Of a DNA stretch of 23,366 nucleotides, positions 10,434-20,900 are shown piece by piece (the first letter of the stretch is position 1; each line of letters opens with the position of its first letter). Position numbers and translations under genes: made by a program. The stretch comes from Craspedostauros australis (taxonomy: Eukaryota). The notes below the pieces were generated by a model. That model was not told the DNA's origin. It did no database searches and saw only the letters and a program-made list of their open reading frames with translations. The stretch spans positions 62,001 through 85,366 of the forward strand of contig JALAGF010000066.1 of NCBI GenBank assembly GCA_030167865.1, given 5' to 3'.

Positions 10434-10605
10434 AGGAGCACGCCTCAAGTGGTGCTTCGCTTCTTTTGTCGCAGAGAAGGCAACGGCGACGGTGGCAGCG
10501 AAGGAGTCAGCAAGAGGCAAGAGGACCAGTCGCCTGTACTGGTGACACACCGTACGAGTAGGAGAGTAGGAGAGTAGGAAAAGTCCAAAAAGACCAGATT
10601 GGAGG

Positions 10606-13600
10606 ATGAGCAGCACTTGGCAGCTGGAGTTCAATGGGTCTCGGACCACCGACCATTCGTCAGGAGTTGAGCGGAATGATCCCGCAGCGACCCAGCTCTT
10701 TGGGTTGGGTCCGTCCGGTGGCAAATACGTGAGTATCCGTGCCAAAGGCAGCAGGCGTAATCGTTTTGTGTCCTACTGTGTCCTATTGTGCTCGCGTGCT
10801 ATCGTACAAATGTCGCCACAACGCAGCTCGTTCCATTTGGTGCATCGACGGTGCCGTTCGTTGAAATCGTCCTCTCCAGCGGAGACCGTAACTCGGTGCG
10901 GTGCAGCAGCCAGCCGATGGCATGCTTCCGTTTCTTCGAGGGCAACGCAGCCGCCACATACCAATAGCCTGGTGCTCCAAGAAACCCTGTCTCACAAACT
11001 GATTCTCGCTCACTGTCTGCAATATGCACCCATCATCATCGCCATCACCATCATCGACGACGATGATGACGACTCATTGCGGACTCCTGACTTGGTATCG
11101 GCACTCGTGTCCCATGAGTAGTCACAGACAGGACACTCGGGTGAAGGATACACCCTGCATGAGACGGACGATCATCCTGGGATTGAGTCAATGTTCGGAG
11201 CCCTGGGAATAGACGACCAGGAGCCGTCGGGTTCCTTCTTCTCCCCCTTGCCGCCTCGCGACCAGCCAACGACGCAGCCATTGAAGGGACTTGAAAGGCA
11301 TTATGATGGCGTCAGTGCTTGGCAGCAACCTCAGCAGCAACAGGAGCAGCCACAGCAACAGCACCAACGCCCCATTGGCTCCAAACCATTCATCTTACCT
11401 ACAGCAACAGCACAAAGAGCGGAGGCGGGAGCTAGAACAGTGGCTGGAGTGGGATCGTATCAGCATGATCCCAACCCTGCATCGCTTGCGGACATCATTG
11501 GCCGCGAACACACCTCCAATCTGTTGGGCGGGGCGGGTCGTTCCGTTCCATCAGAGTGGAGTCCACAGTACGCAGCCAGCGACCATGATGCCAACACTCA
11601 CATCTCAGCATCACCGGTGCTGAACTCCATCTCTCGCCCCTACGTCATCCATTCAGCGACAGAGCATCCATCACCACCATCGGCAACAGCAACTGTCACA
11701 ACGCTTCACCAGCGACAGCACCAGCACCTGCCAACAACTGGCGGCGTGTCCCAGCCATTTGACATTGCCTTGAACAACGGTCTCCACCACGACGATCTCG
11801 GCGAAGGCTACTCACCCATGGTATGTTCTCCACATTCACCTGTCTTGTCGCTTGTTATGGTGCTCTATGGTAGTGTGCAGCACAGCTGGGACGTACCGTT
11901 GTTGTTTGAAATGTCAATCTGCCTCTGATTGATGCTCTGCCACATCATGAATACGGCATCAAGTGCGCCTATGAACACCGTGAACACCAGTATCCACAGG
12001 AATACATCATGACACATAGTCTAATACGGTTCTCTTCTTCTCCAATCTCTCTCCAATGTTCCTCCCAATTTCGACGATTGCATCTCCGATGGACAATCAC
12101 CCACGCTCAACTCTGATGTACATATGCATACCTCCGTGAATACTTCCATCAGTCTTCTATCGGTCTGCAGGACATGAACAAAGGCGCTGATCACCAATCG
12201 ATGCATCTTGGTGCTGGTAACTCGTACCTCGGTTCCTCAGGCTGGGAACACCACGGCAGGTCCATGGGAAGCGGAAATGTCAGCGATCATCACAATCACA
12301 ACCCGATCACCATCACGTCGACCTCCTCCACTTCCTACTCGCATCGTCAGCAAAGTCTCGAGCGCGACTACGGTGCACCCCATGAGGAAATCAAGACATC
12401 TATCTCACCGGTGATGCAGCCCGTCCAAGTGCAGATCATCCCAGCAAGCCAGACGGTGTACGTCGCAGCTGCACCACAATCACAATACCGCTACGCACAG
12501 GTGCAACATCACTACCAACCACCACAACCGCATGGCCATGGCCATGGTCAACACCATGAACCATTGCAAAACCATCACCATCACCACCACCTTAATCAGC
12601 AACACCAGCAGCAACACGTTCACCTTCACTCTCAATCGCTCGACTCGAACCAGCGTGGACGAACAGCAACAGGCCATCTCGATGGCTCCCGGGCGGAAGT
12701 GCACTCGCGGTACATGCCACCGTTTCAGCTCCATGAAAACTATCCTTCGGTGGGAGAGTACACACCTCCAGGCTACGTGAAGCACCAGTCATCCTTGGGC
12801 GTGTCCCCTGGGTCGATCGGCAGCGGTGCCGAGGGCTTGCCTCCGCACACCTTCATCGTTGCGGTGGAGTCGCCCAGAGATGGCTTCGATGGCCACCACC
12901 ATCAGCACCATCACCAATATCAAACCCAGCCGCACCATGGCTACGGGAATCAGCGTCACGTGACGATGCTACGAGATGGCAGGCACAGCGGCGGCCGTTC
13001 CACCAGAAAGGCGCTGTCGTCTTCACCTCGGCGGCAAGGAGTGGCCGATGGGAGATACCGTGGCGACTCGCTCTTGGACGAGTTCAAGGCAAACAAGAGC
13101 AGGGATTGGAGCGTCCTTGACATCCAGGGGCACGTCCCAGAGTTCTGCCAGGATCAGAACGGATCCCGATTCATCCAACAACGGCTTGAGATAGGTGACC
13201 CCACCGAAAAAGAGTACGTCTTGAAGGAGGTGCTGGGCGCCATCGAATCTCTCCGTAATGACCTCTTCGGCAACTACGTCGTCCAGAAGCTCTTCGACTT
13301 CGGCACTCCGCAGATGAGGTCGGACCTTTGCGCCACGTTAACCGGCGACATGGTCCACTTGTCCCTGAAGATGTACGGCTGCCGGGTCGTTCAGAAGGCG
13401 CTGGAGGTGGTCAACGACGACATGCTGCCTTCTCTCCTCGATGAGTTCAAGGGCCACGTCCTCGACTGCATCTACGACCAGAACGGCAACCACGTGATCC
13501 AAAAGTGTATCGAAATCGTTCACAAACGATCGAGGCACGCAATGTCAAAGGGAAAGCCTGAACATGCCAAGCGGGTCGACGGGCACCTCAACTTCGTCAT

Positions 13601-14532
13601 CGAGGACGTGCTCGGCAACGTGACGTCGCTATCATGCCACCCATACGGCTGCAGAGTGCTGCAACGCATCCTCGAGCACTGCGAAGGCAACCGAAAGAAG
13701 CGTGCTTTGATGGTCATCCGAGATGTTCACAGAACATTGCTCGATGATCAGTACGGCAACTACGTCATCCAGCACGTCCTGCACTACGGTACCGACGTGG
13801 ACAGAGACTCCGTCCTCTCCATCGTCGTTGAGAATGGCTTGCTGAAGCTTTCGCGGCAGAAATTTGCTAGCAACGTCGTCGAGAAGTTGCTCAAGCATGG
13901 TTCCCAACGACACCGCCGGGCCATCGTCCGCGAGATGCTGAAGAAGGCCAATACGTCGCCAGCATCGCACAAGGAGGGCAGGATTGGCCGAGGTTCTTCC
14001 TTCGACAGCCAGGACGGCAGAGATTCGACCGTCGTCCTCTTCATGGTACGGGACGCGTTCGCAAATTACGTCGTCCAAACAGCCCTCGATGTGCTTTGCG
14101 AATGCGAGGAGAAGAAGCAGCTCTTGCAAGAGCTCAATTCGCACTCCGCCGAACTGGTAAGTGAGGTCGCCCCTTTCCATGGATTGGTTCTGGAAGTGTA
14201 TGCGTGAAGTTGAATGCGCCGAAATGATCGTTGCTGGTGCCTGGTGTTGCTCTGTCGGAGGCGTGTTTGATTCTGTTCTCGTCTTTCGCCAGCAATTCTT
14301 GCCGAGCTGCCTCTTGCCGTCGCATTGCTTCTCTTTGCAGCTTTGCGTGAACCACATCCGCAATGCAATTCATCGTGTCCTTCTCACCATCAACATGTCT
14401 TCTTCCTATTCTTGACCTGTGACATGATATGATGATGATGGTTGTGATTCGAATGTGCTTTGCATTGAATTGCGAGTGCAGCGGAACTACACATTCGCTA
14501 AACACATCGTCAGCAAATTAAGCAACAATTGA
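10606..14532 (+). CDS. Pumilio/PUF RNA-binding protein (PUM1/2-type), ~950 aa; predicted exons 10606-10728, 11128-11820, 12171-14156, 14482-14532
   Basis: Eight PUF repeats (SRFIQ, NYVVQ, CRVVQ, NHVIQ, CRVLQ, NYVIQ, SNVVE, NYVVQ). Phase-0 introns: GTGAGT 10729..CAG 11127, GTATGT 11821..CAG 12170, GTAAGT 14157..CAG 14481. The last exon encodes RNYTFAKHIVSKL, matching the PUF C-cap (RKYTYGKHILAKL type). Exon 1 is the least certain; an alternative ATG lies at 11191. Confidence 0.9.
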
Positions 14533-15279
14533 ACGCTGCGAAAGCCTGCAGTACTCGTAGTGGGTCGACGAGAGTGTATGGTTTGTACAACTACGACTAT
14601 GTACCAGCAAAGACGGAGACGCAGACAGGAGCCCTACCGCAAGTCAACCTCTCCATGGTGCACAACATGCTCACCATGTCAGTGAATAGAACAAAGACAC
14701 ACACACGCACACCCAACACAAACCAACAAACCATCGCCTGGAGATGCCGCAACACAAACAATCCAATAAAAAATCAAACAAAGAAACAAGAAATGCGAAA
14801 GACCATACCAATACAGACCCAATACTCATACCATACTCTACGATAGACACATCCAACTGCAAAGAATCCACAAAACGTGGCTCCCCATGGAGGGCGACGC
14901 TTACAATTCAGCACGCAAGTAAGCAAGCCAGTAAACAAATAGGCAGGCGGACAGGCAAGCAACAAGTGCCCATGCATCCATGCACACGAACGTGCGTGAT
15001 GATGAAACACAATGCAATGAAAATAATACAAAGACAATACGGTTCACACAAGCACAAAATTCTACCAAATCCATAATCAAAGATATCGCAATTATAATAA
15101 ACCACATCATGAACAATGGGCCTGTGATTTTGTGAATTCGGGGGGGCTTGCTTCCTGCTGCTATCTTGAACTACTTGGACTTCAAACGTGCGCGCGTCCT
15201 TCGACCTATGCCATGTGTACGAATACCACAACTCGTACTCTATCCGCATCATTCTTTGCTGCATTGTGGAGTATAGCGG

Positions 15280-16757
15280 CTACGATGACTTGGGTTTCTT
15301 TCGTCTGTTTCGTCTCTTCTTCGAGATCGATGTTGCTCCCGAAGGATCCGCCACGCCCTCGTACGTGATGGGCGTCATCTTGACCAAACCATTTGAGGTG
15401 CCGTTTGCAGTTCCGTTCGTGCTTCCGTTCGTGCTTCCGTTCGCACTTCCGTTCATGATGCCGTTGCTCTTGCCGTTGGAGTATGGAGCAGCAACCGCCT
15501 TTTCCTTCTTGCCAAAATCATCCAGCACCAGCGAGGCCTTTGTTCCGAACGGAGCCGTCAAGGCATCCCAGAGTGCGAAGTACGGGCTGAATCCCGGTCC
15601 GAGGAATGCTGGAAGCTGCAGAATGCCGACGATCTGCATGAACAGACTCACTACAACCATGGCGAATGTCTTGTCGTCCAGACCGAATGGCTTGTTGCCG
15701 AGGAATGCGTGGACGGTATCCCTGAGGATGTTGCCCATGAAGCCATCCCTGTCGTGGACGTACAGGTGGAACAATGTTCCCATGGTCAAACCTGCGCATT
15801 GAAGGGTGATCGGATGTTTTTCGTAGAATACGTGTGCCAACCGCCAACCGCCAATCGCCAATCGCGGAAAAATGAGTGGTCAAGCGGAGTATTATCCGGA
15901 TGAAGCAATTGTGTGAGATGGTGTTCTGTCATTCCAAAAATAAAAGCAAGTGACGGCAACGACGCCAATTGCGACAAGTGTGATAATGCCATTGATGACA
16001 GCCATCCAATATCTGCAGTCTCGGTATCATCGTCGGCATCATCATCGGCATCGCCGTCATCATTTGTGAGGGCAGTATGGATTGAATGAACCACAGGCAC
16101 GACCGATGTCGAATCACAACACAGCCGGGTGCTCACGAACACAGGAATAGAGCAACATAGTGTGATGCATATAGTATTGCATGGAAGGAAGGAAGGAAGG
16201 AAAGACTCACCATTTTGGAAAGGCCACGGTATTCCATTCTTCAAGTGGCCATCGAAGCCTTTCACGAGGAAGCTTCCCATGTTGCCGAGCATGCACCCGT
16301 ACAGAACGGGTCCGATGATCGGGGTCGGATAGTACGGCGACGCCTTGCCATCGAGCTCGGCGAATGCCACCATGATGAACTTCATGAGACCCAGGGCTCG
16401 GAAGAGCTGCGCCAGAGAGGTGTAGGCGATGGTGACCGGCAGAAAGCCCGCCACCTTGCGACCCACATCAAAGGGTGTGAAGTTGGCCAGGGCGTATGCG
16501 ATGAAGAGCGCTGGCCAGGCGATGTCAGCGCCCGTGATCATGGAGGTTGGCTTGCCCAGCCAAATGAATCCCATCCATCCACCGCCGAAGCCAACCACTG
16601 TGGACAAGGCGAAGGCATGGAAGTCGGACATCGTCCGATCCTTGTTGCGTCCATTGCGCACGGCCAGAGCACCCTGGTATGCCATTCCAAAGGCTTGCAG
16701 CTCTGTCGTCATGTAGAAGTTCCCCGTGAGGAACGAGACCAACCAAGGCGGCACCAT
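15280..16757 (-). CDS. TRIC/TMEM38-like trimeric intracellular cation channel, 352 aa; exons 16757-16211 and 15791-15280
   Basis: Multiple hydrophobic helices and TRIC-type VVGFGGGWMGFIWLGKP motif. A phase-1 intron 16210-15792 (GTGAGT...GCGCAG, 419 bp) joins WPFQN-G-LTMGTLFHLY in frame. C-terminus KPKSS fits KxKxx. Confidence 0.75.
15389..15477 (-). repeat. 12-bp coding minisatellite encoding eight Asn-Gly units at 4-aa spacing
   Basis: Translation NGKSNGIMNGSANGSTNGSTNGTANGTSNG; + strand shows TTCCGTTCGTGC-like units. Confidence 0.85.
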
Positions 16758-17288
16758 CTTTGACGTTCGAACTTGTTCCGGTTTCTGACGAGTTTGTTCC
16801 TGCTCGGGCGGGGTTGAACTCTTGTGAGCACAAGTTTGTGTGCGCGTAATTGCAGACCAAGGCGTCTGTTGTTTGTTTTCGCGTTGTTGATGTGTTGTGT
16901 ACTGTCGCGATGTGGAGTGAAGGGTATTCGTACCATACGTACGAGTCTTTCCTTGATGTCTTTTGATGCCCAGCGCCACGTTGCCTGAGGGGAGTTGTGC
17001 CGTCCTCTGTGCATTTGTGATACACAAGAATGAGAGCATTGGCAGTTGCGCGCACTTTCATCAAAATTCCGCGAACGGGAGAAGGTACGTGGTGAGTTCA
17101 TCGCAAACGCAAGAAATTCTGTTCGTTGCCAACCCAATCGTGGAACAACGGATTGGCGGACAGACTTCTTCATCCACGAACAACAACGCGTCACGCAGAC
17201 AATGTGGTTTCCGTCTGTCGTGTGCTGCGTCATGTCGCGCCAAGACTGTGTCTGCGACTTTCCACGAAATCTGTTGGCGGAAACATAC

Positions 17289-17446
17289 GACCCGGGTCAG
17301 TGAGTCGACCAACCATTGGTAAAGTAGAGTGGCACTTTTTCTTCGATTAAAACCAAACTAAGCATACCGATCAACTCATTATAGTGTCCATAGCAACAGG
17401 AAAATTACCCAGAAACTTAAAGTCCATAGTTTAAGTTTTATGGACC
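17289..17446 (+). repeat. Left terminal inverted repeat (158 bp)
   Basis: GACCCGGGTCAGTGAGTCGACC...TTTAAGTTTTATGGACC; manual alignment to the reverse complement of 21697-21854 gives 5 substitutions and no indels. Confidence 0.97.
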
Positions 17447-17903
17447 AGCAAATATTTTGAATCGTTTGGGTCAAACGTAGCATTCCACAATGTAGTTTTG
17501 TCGAAGGTTCTTTGGTGTTCCGAGTTAATAACGATTGATGTCCATTCACGTTGGTGTCTCCAGCTTTTTCCTTTCTCCTCGTTCGTTTGGAACACGTTAT
17601 ACACCGTTAGCTGCTCCGGAATCGATTGACATTTTCCACTTGTGACATCACACACATCATCACATGCGCACGCACACATTGTTGCCACGCCCACACAAAA
17701 ACCGTCACATTTTGGGCTTCACTCCAAAGGTGCCTCCGCCGATGAGATGCTCATTGTATCTGTTGTTCTGCGGTTGTAGTTTGAGTAGTGAGAGCACTAG
17801 TTACATTGGCGGTTGTTGTTCTCGCTGCTGCATCCAACACCTCTATCGGCATCACCTCTTCCACTCGCTTTCATTCAGTGTTCTCCAGTGCCATTCATCG
17901 AAC

Positions 17904-17921
17904 AATCAATCAATCAATCAA
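17904..17921. repeat. Short (AATC)n tract just upstream of the transposase ATG
   Basis: AATCAATCAATCAATCAA read directly. Confidence 0.7.
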
Positions 17922-17944
17922 CCTACTCTGCTACCATCAACACC

Positions 17945-20900
17945 ATGTCCTCCACCGCCGCGAAAGCCTCCATCAAGGGTGAAAACCCATCTCCTCGTAA
18001 GAAGCCTCGTTCCTGTGTTGCCCCCCTCGATTCTCCTTTTGATTCAGATGGCAACTTGGCACCTACTCGTGAGCAGCTGTTGCCCGACAAGTTGTCTGCT
18101 GGATTGCAGAAGCCCACCGACATCACTCACGCGATCGAGGTGAAGCCGATGCTTCCGGTGGACAGCAACCTTGTTCCAACTTTGGCGCATGTCGATGCCG
18201 CCAACTTGCGCGTCGACGTGCGCCTGTCCAGTGCGGCTGGTGTCATTTTTGATACACCAACGGTCACACTGCGTACGGTTGGACAAGGTGTCGATGCGAT
18301 CACAGTGGTTGACGTCAACATCAACGTGCCGCATCCCGTCGCGTCTCCTGCCAAACCAACTACCCGTGCAAGCACTGCACGACACGCAAACGCTGTCGCT
18401 GGAGCCGCTTCCACCCGTGTTGATGTTGACAGCGACGACGACTACGTGGATGGCCGCGATCGCAGGAGGAAGCGAACAGGACGTAACAGACTCATGCAGA
18501 AAACGGCGAGAGGATGGCGTCGCGATGCGTTGGTCCGTGTCGCAGGTTTGGTTAAGTCTGGCCTTTCTCCAAAACTGTTCGACTGTATGCCGAAGACGGG
18601 ATTCGCAATTGGAGGAAAACACAACAAGCAAGTCTGGTGCAACATCAAACGACTCTGGGCACCAATTGCTTGTGCACTCTGGGGTGTGTTGCTCCCAAAA
18701 GAAGCGACACCAACTGGCCAGATGCATGAGGTGGTGCAATTTGTCCGAGCTAGGCAACCACTGCCACCACTGAGGCTTGCACCAAATCTGTACCGCATTT
18801 GTGTTGGAGGGAGCAAGCTTATGCACCTTTGCGCGAGAGCCGTTCTCGCGCAGTCTGCATCTCCACCAACATGCACAGATATTCTCACTGGATACGTCAA
18901 TGGATTGCCGGAGGAACAACGCGTGCGTGTACATACTAATCGATTAAGTGTCACTAAAAGCCAACATAACACATTGCATCGTTACCACGACATGTTGAGC
19001 GATGGGGAAACCATTCCCCCCAAAGTTCTCCAATACCGTGTGACTGCATGTGCTTTGTCTGGCGTGGTGTCCTTTCTCTGCACTACGACCACGTACAAGG
19101 CTGGCTTGTGCCACGCAGTGGAGTGGGAAGGAGTTGTATTCGAGAATGTTCCCGTCTTCGATCGTGGAGGAAAAAGTGTGATGGCGCTATTCGACATGTA
19201 CAAGACTACCACTACCAACCCAGTGGGCAAGCCAGCATTTAAGGAGATGACTAAGCTACTAACACGACGAGGCAAAGTGAACACAGGGCTGTCTTCCTTC
19301 GAGAGCCACTTCTTGCTGGCGATGCTCACTCTCAAACGCACGATCTCGCGCCTCGTCACACTTTTGAAGGCTAAGTATCCCGCAACAAATGATGCCGAGG
19401 ACGAGAATGACGTGATTTCCCAACATCTGCGCACAGCCGAGTCTCTGTTGTACTCATTGGAACTTCTTGTTGTCTTCGTCAAATGGGAATTCACTGCCTC
19501 TCACATGCAGATGGAGTGTGACGACCCACTGCACTCAGCTCAATTCGCGCTCACGCCCAACGAGAAGAAGAAGACAACGACCAAACGATCCCAACCAACC
19601 AGAACACGTACAAACAAGCACAAGCTCAGGAAGAAGAGCACTCGAACAAGCGACATTGCTTCTGCCACCAATGACACCCCAAGCATCACAACTGATATTC
19701 GTGACATCACTTGTGTGACAGATGCCGCTGCCAATGACACCACCACTGACAACAATGAACAGCCTCATGCCCCCACGGACAAACATCACACTGGAGTATG
19801 CAACCGTTGTGCAGCAGCAATGCGATTTGTGGACGACCGATATGTCCCTTTCGTCACGATGCTTATGGAGGATCACCTTGCAGAACACGTGACAGAATTA
19901 GAGTCCATGCTTAATGCTGCACCGGGGTTCAACAACGAAATACTGTGGTACATGGCACACAAAGTGCGCAGTAAGGTCCAATTCGGACAAATTGAGCAGT
20001 ACCTCAAAAACATCAACAACAGAGAGGATCGTGCACACGTGGTGCTGGACCACAAACAGAAAATTCTTCCAACCGGCCAAGGCGAGGCTCAACAAGAATA
20101 CTGGGGCAAGAAGGGCATGTCTCTGTTGGGTGCGATGGTGATAACGTGTCGCAATGACACATTCACTTATCGCTTCATCGATATCATCGTCAAAGGAAGA
20201 CCAACACAAGACACCCTACAAGTTGGCGGGCTTATCGAAATTGTGCAACAACAGGTGAGAAAAATTCTTCCATCGGTCACCGAAATTGTCATCCAATCCG
20301 ATAATGCGTCTTGTTTCGCGAGCCACGAGCACATCCCACTGATCACCTCAGTGCTCAACAAGAACCTTGGAACGCGAAATGTCCCGAAGATTTCTGCCTG
20401 GATCTACACCGAAGCCCAAACCGGAAAAGGCCGCCTCGACACGCACTTTGCGTACATCACTGTTGTACTGCGAGCGTACGTGCTGGAGGACAATGACATC
20501 AAAACAGAACACCAACTTTTCGACGCATTGGAAGCTGGCAACATTGCGGGAACGACCACGGTTTTGGTGGATGCAGAATGCCTCGAGGGGCGTGTCCTGA
20601 GTTTCCCTGACATGCCGAAGAAGCGTTTCTGCGCGAAAGGGCAAAAGGTACGCCAAACGCACGAGATCAAGTTTGGAGACAACGAGGCGAATTTGGTGGC
20701 GGCGTCCGGTGTCACAGACGACGTTCTTGTCCCGTGTACCGAATGGGAAGACTGGGAAATTAACCAGCTGGGCGTCCGCACCATTGCGGCGCACACGTCA
20801 GAAAAGGAACCGTTCACCGCGGAATCGCCGAAGAAGAAGAAGAAGACACGAAAGCGCGGATCTACCGCAGTGGAGAGCAAAGCGCTCGTCTTTCGCGACG

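Noticed and set aside
9161-10577. Several 150-300 aa ORFs between MOCS3 and PUF
   Set aside because: They overlap on both strands, run through microsatellites and have no motifs; the region reads as promoter/UTR.
5389-14532. Functional cluster of RNA-related genes (pseudouridine synthase, UBA4, PUF)
   Set aside because: Different predicted compartments, mixed orientation and no shared element seen; chance adjacency is sufficient without synteny data.
14533-15279. Pumilio autoregulatory element in the PUF 3' region
   Set aside because: Only TGTACAAC, TGTACCAG and TGTACGAA were seen, not TGTANATA.
10729-16210. Introner-like repeated introns
   Set aside because: Similar lengths but no shared sequence or terminal repeats visible among the four introns.
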